Source: Parcubacteria group bacterium | GTDB taxonomy: Bacteria > Patescibacteriota > Minisyncoccia > Phycocordibacterales > CALRHW01 | Reading direction: 5' to 3' | DNA length: 44,612 nucleotides | Assembly: GCA_039740835.1 (NCBI GenBank) | Contig: JBCLGW010000003.1 | Location: forward strand, 1-44,612 | Part shown: positions 1-8,497 of the stretch, in pieces | Position numbering within the stretch: the stretch's first letter is position 1 | How the letters are laid out: each line of letters starts with the position of its first letter | Made by a program: the position numbers and the translations under genes | Notes under the pieces: model-generated | What the model was told of the DNA's origin: nothing | Database searches by the model: none | What the model saw: the letters and a program-made list of their open reading frames with translations, nothing else

Positions 1-92
1 ACCACCTCTATCTCTGTTCTGTCATGAGCAACTTTCAAAAATGCTCGTCCGATACGTCCCGCACCATTTATTGCAACTTTTATTTTTTTCAT
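1..92 (-). CDS. gap: Glyceraldehyde-3-phosphate dehydrogenase, N-terminus (runs off window edge)
   Basis: Manual translation from ATG at 92: MKKIKVAINGAGRIGRAFLKVAHDRTEIEV, the type I GAPDH NAD-binding start (INGxGRIGR). Not in the ORF track. Confidence 0.9.
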   Translation of the reverse strand, partial: MKKIKVAINGAGRIGRAFLKVAHDRTEIEV

Positions 93-172
93 TATTACTT
101 TCTTTTATCGTATAAGTCTTTTTATTATATCATCTTAAAAACTATTTTTCAGGAGCTACCGCGGGGGCTGGT

Positions 173-1174
173 TTATCTTTTTTTTGTGTTTGTGTTTGTA
201 TGAGCGTGAGAATCTACTTCATAGCTAGTGTTTTGCGCTTCAAAAAAGTTTACAAGCTCATACACGTCTGTCGCGGCGCTCATCCACTTTGCTGGATTTG
301 TTACGTTATAATGTTTTGCGAGACCAAGCTCTTCGAGGCGTCGGTCCGCAACATATTGCACATACTGATTTACATAATCAGCGTTTAGGCCAAGTATTCC
401 GTTTGGAAATAAATCCTTGTTGTAGGCATTTTCGAGATCTACTCCCTCGATGACGATATCGCGAATTTCATTTGCAAAATCTTCGGTCAAAAGTTCCTGA
501 TTTTCTTCAAGAATATTGTGAATCAAATTTATACCAAACTGCAAATGCAAACTTTCATCACGAATCACCCAGTTTATCATTGAGCCAAAATTGCGGAGCT
601 GATTGCGTTGACGGAAAGAAAGTGCGACCATAAAACCACTGTAAAACCAAATACCCTCCATCACAATATTTGTTGCGACCAAGTTGCGAATAAAATCTTT
701 TTTGCCATCAACAGTAGAAATGTCTAAAGTATCTTCTGTCATTCGCTTCATATATTTGTTTATATAATCCTCTTTTGCCACCATTGATGGCACCCGCAAA
801 TGTAGGTCAAAGATTTTTTCACGGTCAAAAGGAAAAGTTTCAAGCACATACTCAAAAGCCACACAGTGGTTTGCCTCTTCCCACATTTGTTTTGCGAGAT
901 ACAAATGACACTCTGGAGATTTGAGGTATGGATAAATACCGAGTGCGATAGAGCGGTTGACGATAAGCTCGGCAGGATTAAAAAACGCCATCAAAAACTT
1001 TACAGCGTGTCTTTCGTCGTCTGTCATCTTTTCCCAATCTTCAAGATCTTCTTTTAAAGCAATCTCATGTGGAAACCATGTGTTTCTGACCGCCTGCTGG
1101 TATAAATCATACGCCCATTTGTATCTGAGCGGATGCAAATTCATGTCTTCTGGTGAAGCTTTTCCTAAAAGCAT
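173..1174 (-). CDS. nrdB: Ribonucleotide reductase beta (R2) subunit, class Ic-type
   Basis: Ferritin-like ligand motifs EEANH, MEGIWF, RDESLH; C-terminal NFFE..Y tail; directly downstream of nrdA. Phe replaces the radical Tyr. Confidence 0.95.
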   Translation of the reverse strand: MLLGKASPEDMNLHPLRYKWAYDLYQQAVRNTWFPHEIALKEDLEDWEKMTDDERHAVKFLMAFFNPAELIVNRSIALGIYPYLKSPECHLYLAKQMWEEANHCVAFEYVLETFPFDREKIFDLHLRVPSMVAKEDYINKYMKRMTEDTLDISTVDGKKDFIRNLVATNIVMEGIWFYSGFMVALSFRQRNQLRNFGSMINWVIRDESLHLQFGINLIHNILEENQELLTEDFANEIRDIVIEGVDLENAYNKDLFPNGILGLNADYVNQYVQYVADRRLEELGLAKHYNVTNPAKWMSAATDVYELVNFFEAQNTSYEVDSHAHTNTNTKKR

Positions 1175-1198
1175 ATTGGTATAAAATTACTCTAATAA

Positions 1199-3886
1199 TT
1201 ACTGACAACTGTCGCAAATGTTTGCATCGGCTGGATCTTCTGTTGTATGCAACTTAAACTCGCGCTTTGGCTCGCCTTGCGCCACCTCCTCTGTTTGTTT
1301 TTTCATTCCAAAACCAACAGAAACAAATGCTCGCGTTTCTGGTTTTATTGGTGCAAAAAAATCAGCAGGTGTCTCCTTTTTTTCTGCAACAACAGGAATC
1401 TCTTGTGTTGGTGTAAAAGCGTGCACGGCCTTGCCTAAAGGAAGAGGAGAAGTCACAGCTCCCACCGCAGCAAAAGCTGGCGTTGCAAGAGGGCTTGCTT
1501 TTGCAGTACCAACTCCAGCAAATCCAATCTTCCCTATTTTATGCGCCTTATTTACAGACACAGTACTTTGCTCTGCTGTGTGTCTCGGCTTCATGTGTAA
1601 ATAGTATGTAGACTTTAAACCTTTTTCCCATGCACTCGTATAAATATTCATCGTCTCGTCTATGTCGCGTGTTTCAAGATACATATTTCTTGAAAGAGCT
1701 TGGTCAATCCATTTTTGTGCGCGTGCCGCGACTTCAACATATGCATACGGAGATGTTGTAAAAGAAGTTTTATAAACATCTTTAATATGTTGAGGAATTT
1801 CTGGAATATCTGAAATGTCACCTTGATATTCAATGATAGCGTCGCGTGTTTTTTCCCAAATTCCCATATTTTTTAAATCTTTCACAAGGTTGTGATTTAT
1901 ATCAAGATATTTTCCTGAAATTTTGTTTCTTGAAAAGACTTGCGCAAAACGAGGGTCAATACCCGGAGTTGTCGCTGCGACAAGACCGATGTTTGCGTTT
2001 GGTGCAACAGCCATGAGGGTCGCATTGCGTATTCCCTTTTTTACTTTTACTCGTAGCAAATCCCAATTTAAACCTTTGTGACGACTTTCTTTTGAAACGG
2101 TCAGTGGGATACCGCGGTCGTCTTCAAGTTTTTGCAAAGTATCAATAGGCACATTACCCTTTGACCATTCTGACCCAGCAAAGTTTGGATACGAGCCACG
2201 TTCTTGTGCGAGATTTGTACTCTCATCTATTGCCATGTATGAAATAAATTCAAAAATTCTGTCGGCAAAGTCCCATGCGTGCGGGCTGTCGTATGAAAGT
2301 CCAAGTCTCTCTATAGTATCTGAAAAACCCATCACTCCGAGTCCTATCGCGCGATTTTCTTTGTCTGATTTTATTGCTTCAGGAATCGGTAACTCATTTA
2401 TATCTACCAAGTTGTCTAGTTGTCGCACTGCAAGGCGAATACTTTCTTCGAGTTTACCCCAGTTTACTTCTTTGTTGTTTATATGCGCAGAAAGATTTAA
2501 AGATGCAAGGTTGCAAACAGCGACATTGTCTTTGTCTTGTGGTAAACAAATCTCGGTACAGAGATTGGACATATGAATAGTACCGGTATTATTGTTTAAA
2601 GCTCGGAGATTTATAGGGTCCTTCCATGTAAGCCAAGGATGTGAGGTGGACTGTAATGCTACCAAAATATGTCGCATTTGCTCTTGAGCAGGTACTTTTT
2701 TAAAGGTTCGCATTTTGCCAGCTTCTGCCATTTCAGTATATTCTATGTATCGTTTACTAAATGCCTGACCGTAAAGCTCGCAGAGGTCTGGAGTTTCTTT
2801 TGGGTCAAACATATACCAATCATCACCAGACCGGACTCTTTTCATAAACTCATCTGAAAGATATGCCGCTGTGTTGGCTGTACGCATTCTCATATAGTCG
2901 TCTCCGGCATTGTGTTTCCAATCTATAAACTCGGGAAAGTCCAAGTGCCAATTTTCCATATAAAAACATAAAGCGCCTTTCTTTTTCCCTCCACGCTGGA
3001 TTGCGCGGATAGCTGTATCAATAATTTTTGCAAAAGGAGTCGGGCCTGTGGATGTGCCGTTGTTGGTAATTAGTGGAGAGCCGGTAGCGCGAAGTTTTGT
3101 CATTGATGCGCCGATACCACCAGAACCTTTTGAAAGTTTCATCACATCAGCAACAGACTTTGCAATATGATCCATATCGTCGTGAATTTCCAAAAGAAAA
3201 CAATTTGAAAGTGATGGCCGAGTAGTACCTGCGCCGAGATTTGTTGAGCCACCAGCGATATACTCGAGCTTTGACATCTTGTGATAAAACTTTTTTGCCA
3301 TCGCTGTCGGATCACTTTCATTGTATGAAAGTCCCATCGCAACACGCATGAAAAAATACTGCGGTGTCTCGCGTGGAGTTTGATCAATATTTTTTAATAC
3401 ATAACGATTTAAAAGACTTGAGAGTCCTGCGTACTCAAAGAGCTCATCACGAGAAATATTTAATGTGTCAGAAAGTTCTTCAAGTTTAAACTTCTCTACC
3501 ATGTTTGGGTGAAGTTTTTTTTCTTCAACTCCCTTTTTTATGAAAGAAATAAAGCCATCGCGATGTTTTTTCTTTAAACTTCCTTCTTGGTCTTTGTCAT
3601 ATTCACCGATGACCTTGCGATAAACTGTTTTGAGAAGTAGACGTGTCGCTACTTTGTCATAGTCAATGTCTTCTTTGACGTTTTGTAGTGCCGCGTTTAT
3701 GGTTGCCTGATCTATTTCTTCTGTTGTGATGCCATCGTAGAGAGTTAGCTGAGTTTCGGTCGCTATTTGAGTCACCATACTTATCGGATCTAACATTCCT
3801 TTACATGCGCGCTCGATAGAACGATTGATTCTGTCCGCATTAAACGACTCGCGCGATCCATCTCTCTTTTTTATTGTGATACTCAT
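1199..3886 (-). CDS. nrdA: Class I ribonucleotide reductase alpha subunit with N-terminal ATP cone
   Basis: IKKRDG ATP-cone start, SNCF, NLCTEI, STYY, C-terminal CDSCQ. Confidence 0.96.
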   Translation of the reverse strand: MSITIKKRDGSRESFNADRINRSIERACKGMLDPISMVTQIATETQLTLYDGITTEEIDQATINAALQNVKEDIDYDKVATRLLLKTVYRKVIGEYDKDQEGSLKKKHRDGFISFIKKGVEEKKLHPNMVEKFKLEELSDTLNISRDELFEYAGLSSLLNRYVLKNIDQTPRETPQYFFMRVAMGLSYNESDPTAMAKKFYHKMSKLEYIAGGSTNLGAGTTRPSLSNCFLLEIHDDMDHIAKSVADVMKLSKGSGGIGASMTKLRATGSPLITNNGTSTGPTPFAKIIDTAIRAIQRGGKKKGALCFYMENWHLDFPEFIDWKHNAGDDYMRMRTANTAAYLSDEFMKRVRSGDDWYMFDPKETPDLCELYGQAFSKRYIEYTEMAEAGKMRTFKKVPAQEQMRHILVALQSTSHPWLTWKDPINLRALNNNTGTIHMSNLCTEICLPQDKDNVAVCNLASLNLSAHINNKEVNWGKLEESIRLAVRQLDNLVDINELPIPEAIKSDKENRAIGLGVMGFSDTIERLGLSYDSPHAWDFADRIFEFISYMAIDESTNLAQERGSYPNFAGSEWSKGNVPIDTLQKLEDDRGIPLTVSKESRHKGLNWDLLRVKVKKGIRNATLMAVAPNANIGLVAATTPGIDPRFAQVFSRNKISGKYLDINHNLVKDLKNMGIWEKTRDAIIEYQGDISDIPEIPQHIKDVYKTSFTTSPYAYVEVAARAQKWIDQALSRNMYLETRDIDETMNIYTSAWEKGLKSTYYLHMKPRHTAEQSTVSVNKAHKIGKIGFAGVGTAKASPLATPAFAAVGAVTSPLPLGKAVHAFTPTQEIPVVAEKKETPADFFAPIKPETRAFVSVGFGMKKQTEEVAQGEPKREFKLHTTEDPADANICDSCQ

Positions 3887-4140
3887 ACTAGATTTTGAAA
3901 ATACTTTTTATCTGTGCGATGATAGATGGTGGTGGGATTAATAAAATTTCTTTTAGACTGTCATACCATTTTACATTAAAAGCCCGTCAGAAAAATGTGA
4001 ATAGCGACCTTTTTTGGTGCCATGAAATAAAAAAAAGGTAATGTAAATAGACCTCCCTAAACAGCCTTGTGTAGCAAAACGATTTCCCTCTGTTTTTTGA
4101 AAAAAATAAAGAAAAAATAAAAAAATAATCAATTTTTACG

Positions 4141-4177
4141 TTAAAAGGGGCAGTTTTCTTGCGAAAACTGCCCCTTT
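4141..4177 (-). terminator. Intrinsic terminator of the desaturase gene
   Basis: Perfect 15-bp stem AAAGGGGCAGTTTTC-GCAA-GAAAACTGCCCCTTT (4144-4177), about 25 nt past the stop at 4202. Confidence 0.8.
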
Positions 4178-4201
4178 GTAAAAAAACTCAATCTGATCTC
4201 T

Positions 4202-5155
4202 TTATGCCTGAAAACTTTTTCTGGGAAAAGTTTTTGCCGTACGATTTATTTTCAGTCTTTCCTTTTTCCACTTTATCTCTTGTGGAGAAAAAACTTTCAC
4301 CTTGGACACCAATCCGAGCTTTTTTAGAGCAAGGATAAAATACCAAGTGAAGTCGATCTCGTACCAATACAAACCATGTCGCGCGCTACTCTGAAGCCCG
4401 TGATGGTTGTTATGCCATCCTTCGCCGAGACCCAACGCGCCAAAAAGTGCGTTGTTCCTACTATGGTCTTCAGTTTCAAAACGCCGAGTGCCCCAAAGAT
4501 GACAAACAGAGTTGATACTCCACGTCACATGATGCACAAGACAAATCCTCACAAGTCCTCCCCAGAAAAATCCGAGCAATGCTCCCCACCAAGACATCGT
4601 AATGAGTCCGAGTATGAGCGCTGGCAAGACCAATCCGAGTGATACCCAGAGAAAAAAGTATTTGTCGACAAACACCAAAATCGGATCAAGTTTCAATGCT
4701 TTAATGTACTTTTCTTGTTGTGGTTGCTGGAAAGAAATAAGCCATCCGAGATGCGCGTGAAAAAATCCGCGAATCATTCCGACTACACCACCACCATGAA
4801 GATGTGGTGAGTGTGGGTCGCCCTCCGAATCAGAGTGCTCGTGATGAGCGCGATGATTTGAAACCCATCGCAAGAGCGGTCCTTCTACCGCCATTGAACC
4901 TGCGATTGCAAGTGCAAGACGAAGCGATGGAACAGCCTCAAAAGCTCTGTGCGTGAAAAGACGATGGAATCCCGTCGTCACCCCAAGCACCGTAAAGATA
5001 TAAAACCCAGCAAGCATGTAAAGTGACGGCAGATTGACTCCCCAACCCCAAAGCGAGTAAACGCCAAAAATGGTTGCAAGAAATGGACCGATAATGATGA
5101 GAAGTGTCGCTGACTTCTCAAATCCACTTGGTCCGCGGACGACGTAAGTTGTCAT
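4202..5155 (-). CDS. Membrane delta-9-type acyl-CoA/acyl-lipid fatty acid desaturase
   Basis: Three His boxes HRLFTH, HRAHH and HNNHH, DPHSP, GEGWHN and hydrophobic segments; AGGAG SD at 5163-5167. Confidence 0.93.
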   Translation of the reverse strand: MTTYVVRGPSGFEKSATLLIIIGPFLATIFGVYSLWGWGVNLPSLYMLAGFYIFTVLGVTTGFHRLFTHRAFEAVPSLRLALAIAGSMAVEGPLLRWVSNHRAHHEHSDSEGDPHSPHLHGGGVVGMIRGFFHAHLGWLISFQQPQQEKYIKALKLDPILVFVDKYFFLWVSLGLVLPALILGLITMSWWGALLGFFWGGLVRICLVHHVTWSINSVCHLWGTRRFETEDHSRNNALFGALGLGEGWHNNHHGLQSSARHGLYWYEIDFTWYFILALKKLGLVSKVKVFSPQEIKWKKERLKINRTAKTFPRKSFQA

Positions 5156-5209
5156 GACAATTCTCCTAAAAGTTGTGTTCAGATCAGATGTGAAAGGACG
5201 CTTCGTCTA

Positions 5210-5680
5210 CTATATCACAACAATGTCACCGACGCTTATATTATTTTTTTCTGTAAAACCGACGTTAAACTCTATTACATAGGGGGTAATAACTGCTGGC
5301 AAAAAAAACTCGGGAAAAGAGCTGGGCGTGGCGTTTTTTTGTATTTTCACAATACGCATATCTGTGCCAACCCAAACAATATCTATCGCAAATTTCATTT
5401 CTTTCATCCAAATACCCGCACGTTGTGGTTTATCAAAATAAAAAAGCAGTCCAGTGTCGCTAGGCAAGCCCTCCCTACCAGAAAGCCCTTTTATCCTACT
5501 TGCTTCTGTATCAGCTATTTCTACGGCTATATTTTTCCCGCCAATTTTTATAATTTTTTGAGAAGTTTCTGCTTTTGGTCTGGAGGCGTACGGTGCGACC
5601 GTTGGTTTATAAAAAACAAAAAGATAGACGGCTGTAGCGATTATAAAAAATGGCAAAAAAATACCGGCAAATTTTTTCAT
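5210..5680 (-). CDS. DUF192-family exported protein
   Basis: N-terminal TM; VEIADT..R.KGLSGR, GLLF, WMKEM.FAIDI, YVIE pattern. Confidence 0.85.
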   Translation of the reverse strand: MKKFAGIFLPFFIIATAVYLFVFYKPTVAPYASRPKAETSQKIIKIGGKNIAVEIADTEASRIKGLSGREGLPSDTGLLFYFDKPQRAGIWMKEMKFAIDIVWVGTDMRIVKIQKNATPSSFPEFFLPAVITPYVIEFNVGFTEKNNISVGDIVVI

Positions 5681-5681
5681 A

Positions 5682-6173
5682 TTAAATAGAGTGCTGTGTT
5701 TTCTCGGTTTGCTCGGTTTGCTCGGTTTGCTCGGTTTGCTCGGTTTTTTCGTCTTGTCTTTTTAGTATATTATCTTCTTCTTTTGGGTCAAGCGTCAAGC
5801 AAACAGAATTTATACAATACCTCTGCCCAGTGTGTGTCGGGCCGTCTGGAAAAACGTGTCCGAGATGTGCGCCACATTTTTTACAGAGCACTTCGGTGCG
5901 ATGCATTCCAAATTCTAAATCATCACGAGTCTCTACGTGTTCATTTGAAATCACATCATCAAAACTCGGCCAGCCCGTACCAGAGTCAAACTTTGTATCA
6001 GAAGAAAAAAGCTCTGCACCACATCCCGCACATTTATATACTCCTTTTTCTTTTGAGTTTACATATTTTCCAGAAAAAGGTGACTCTGTAAATTTTTCAC
6101 GCATCACTTTGTACTGCTCGGGAGTGAGTTCCTTTTGCCAATCTTCATTTGTTTTTTGAATGATGTCTGACAT
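5682..6173 (-). CDS. msrB: Peptide-methionine (R)-S-oxide reductase
   Basis: [31 protein letters not shown]; two Zn-binding CxxC motifs. Confidence 0.97.
   Translation of the reverse strand: MSDIIQKTNEDWQKELTPEQYKVMREKFTESPFSGKYVNSKEKGVYKCAGCGAELFSSDTKFDSGTGWPSFDDVISNEHVETRDDLEFGMHRTEVLCKKCGAHLGHVFPDGPTHTGQRYCINSVCLTLDPKEEDNILKRQDEKTEQTEQTEQTEQTEKTQHSI
5703..5746. repeat. 9-bp tandem repeat, about 5 copies (CTCGGTTTG), encoding the TEQ repeats in the MsrB tail
   Basis: Four exact copies at 5703-5738 plus CTCGGTTT. Confidence 0.95.
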
Positions 6174-6227
6174 ACGAAAATATTGATGCTCTTATTATAC
6201 CAATTTATCGAGGTTTTTTGTACCTAA

Positions 6228-8012
6228 TTAATCAACCAAAAATTCTCCCGACTGATGTCCCCAAAGAATTGCGTAAAGCCCTTTTTGCTTTACAAGCTCA
6301 TCGTGTGTGCCGTCTTGCACAACTTTTCCGTCATTCAAAACTATTATTCTGTCCAAATGCTTTATCGTAGACAAACGATGAGCGATAACAAGCGCCGTTT
6401 TGTCTTTCATCAATTCTTTCAAACCCTCTTGAATATATTTTTCTGATTCTGAATCCAAAGCACTCGTCGCTTCATCCAGCACAAGTATCGGAGCGTGTTT
6501 CAAGATAGCGCGAGCGATAGCGATTCTTTGTCTCTGTCCGCCACTGAGTTTTATTCCTCTCTCGCCCACAAGTGTCTGATATCCTTTTGGTAATTTTTCT
6601 ATAAACTCTGTGGCTCTCGCTAGTCGCGCCGCCTCCATCACCTGCGCCTCTGTCGCATTTTCATCTCCATATGCAATATTTTCAAAAAGTGTGCGGTGAA
6701 AAAGTAGGGGCTCTTGTGGTACATATGCGATAGCGTCGCGTAAAGATTTTTGCGAAACCTTGCCAATATCCTGACCGTCTATTTTTATACTTCCAGAATC
6801 AAGGTTGATAAATCTAAGCAAAAGTTTTGTAATCGTAGTTTTTCCTCCACCACTTGGACCGACAAGACCCACCCTTTGATTACTTTTTATATCTAAATTA
6901 AAACCATTTAAAAATAAATTATTACTTTCTTTTCCGTATTTAAAATCAATATTTTCAAATGAAATTTGGGCTTTGATTACATGAAGAGTTCCCGCAGACA
7001 CAACATCTTCTACAGCGGGCGGATCAATTGTAAGCTGAGTAAACTCTGCAGATTCGCTAATCGCTGATTCTATATGCTTATAAACTCCGTTCATCTGCCA
7101 AAACATACCCGAGATATTTGTGTAGTATGAAAAAACAACGACCAGAGTACCTGCAGGCAGTCCCAATGTATGTGCAAAAAATATAGCTGACACCAAACCA
7201 ATGATGTTGGTGAACACATATATTGGAGACATCACCATATCAAAACGCAAATTTTGATAGTCGGCGGCTTTTTTGTAATGCATAGAATAATCATCAACAT
7301 GTTCTTTAAAATTTTTGTTTTCAATTTTTTCTTTTGCAAAAGATTTTATTACTAAAATATTTGTAAGAGAATCTGAAAGTCTACCCACAAGCTTACTGCT
7401 AGATTCATGTCTCAAAGCAACAAGCTTGGAGCGTCTACGAACAATAGGTATTCCGACAGTCAAAGAGACCGCGATACAACTCAAAAGAAGTATCGGAATA
7501 ACCGGAGAGTATTGCCACAAAACTATAGAAGCAAAAATGATAGGGATAATGCTTGTGACAACATTGAAAACAACAGTATCTGTAAGTGTTTCAAATCCTC
7601 GTACATAGCCACCAGCTTTTTTTGTAAGTGAACCGACAAAATTATTCGAAAAAAAATCATAGTCACGGGCGGTAAGAGTATTAAATGCTTCCATGTATAA
7701 ATTTTTTTGTGCGCATGTTTCAAGTCTAATCACAAAATGCATAGCGATACGCCAAAATATTTCACCTACCAACCAAACAGAAGCAAACAAGATTACATAC
7801 GGACCGACTGATGAAACAGAAATTTCTCCTCCCGCAGAGAATGTGTTAATGAGCTTTGCAATGATAAGTGGTGGTACAAATAAAATAAGCGTCGTGCCTA
7901 TGGCAGGCAAGAAAAAAGAAATGGCTGTGTGTGTCGGATAAAGCTTGTACTGTTTCCAATATTGCCTCAGCACACGAAATACCGCTTCACGCGTTATAAG
8001 TTTTTTATCCAT
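6228..8012 (-). CDS. ABC exporter, fused TMD-NBD (MsbA/Sav1866 type)
   Basis: Hydrophobic N-terminal half; GPSGGGKT, LSGGQ, LDEAT, AHRL. Confidence 0.93.
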   Translation of the reverse strand: MDKKLITREAVFRVLRQYWKQYKLYPTHTAISFFLPAIGTTLILFVPPLIIAKLINTFSAGGEISVSSVGPYVILFASVWLVGEIFWRIAMHFVIRLETCAQKNLYMEAFNTLTARDYDFFSNNFVGSLTKKAGGYVRGFETLTDTVVFNVVTSIIPIIFASIVLWQYSPVIPILLLSCIAVSLTVGIPIVRRRSKLVALRHESSSKLVGRLSDSLTNILVIKSFAKEKIENKNFKEHVDDYSMHYKKAADYQNLRFDMVMSPIYVFTNIIGLVSAIFFAHTLGLPAGTLVVVFSYYTNISGMFWQMNGVYKHIESAISESAEFTQLTIDPPAVEDVVSAGTLHVIKAQISFENIDFKYGKESNNLFLNGFNLDIKSNQRVGLVGPSGGGKTTITKLLLRFINLDSGSIKIDGQDIGKVSQKSLRDAIAYVPQEPLLFHRTLFENIAYGDENATEAQVMEAARLARATEFIEKLPKGYQTLVGERGIKLSGGQRQRIAIARAILKHAPILVLDEATSALDSESEKYIQEGLKELMKDKTALVIAHRLSTIKHLDRIIVLNDGKVVQDGTHDELVKQKGLYAILWGHQSGEFLVD

Positions 8013-8031
8013 ATAGTTAAAGACGAAGTTA

Positions 8032-8424
8032 TTACTCTGTTGTTACACCCTCAAAATGCTCGTTGTCTTTTTCTGCATCAGCTTTGGTTTTGTGAATTAC
8101 TTTGTCGCGATGATGTGGAGGTGTATATATAGTATAGAGTTTCATCGAGTCTGCACCAGTATTTATGATATTGTGCTTTACGCCCGCAGGTACGAGGATA
8201 GCACTGCCGTCTGCAATATCGTGCGGAATGTCATTTAAAATCGCTTTGCCAGTACCCCGCTCCACGCGCAAAAATTGGTCTACGTCGTGTACTTCCTCGC
8301 CAATTTCCTCTCCAGACACAAGCGACATAAGCACAAGCTGAGAATTTTTGCTCGTATAAAGCACCTCACGAAAATTATTATTTTCTAGGGCGAGCTTTTC
8401 GATATTTGAGACGTGGCCTTTCAT
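8032..8424 (-). CDS. Cupin-domain protein
   Basis: EIGEEVH..DQ and VPAGVKHNIIN cupin motifs, YTPPHH. Confidence 0.88.
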   Translation of the reverse strand: MKGHVSNIEKLALENNNFREVLYTSKNSQLVLMSLVSGEEIGEEVHDVDQFLRVERGTGKAILNDIPHDIADGSAILVPAGVKHNIINTGADSMKLYTIYTPPHHRDKVIHKTKADAEKDNEHFEGVTTE

Positions 8425-8497
8425 ATATTATAGTATATCACTGAGTAAAATATTTTCGGAGACTAAAGCGACGAGACGAGGCGTTTCCTATTTGAGT

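Noticed and set aside
3884-3900. ATACTAGATTTTGAA at the nrdA start as a possible NrdR box
   Set aside because: Single weak match with poor palindromy; NrdR boxes normally occur in tandem.
5703-5746. Repeat array considered as CRISPR
   Set aside because: Contiguous 9-bp units without spacers, inside a coding frame; no cas genes.
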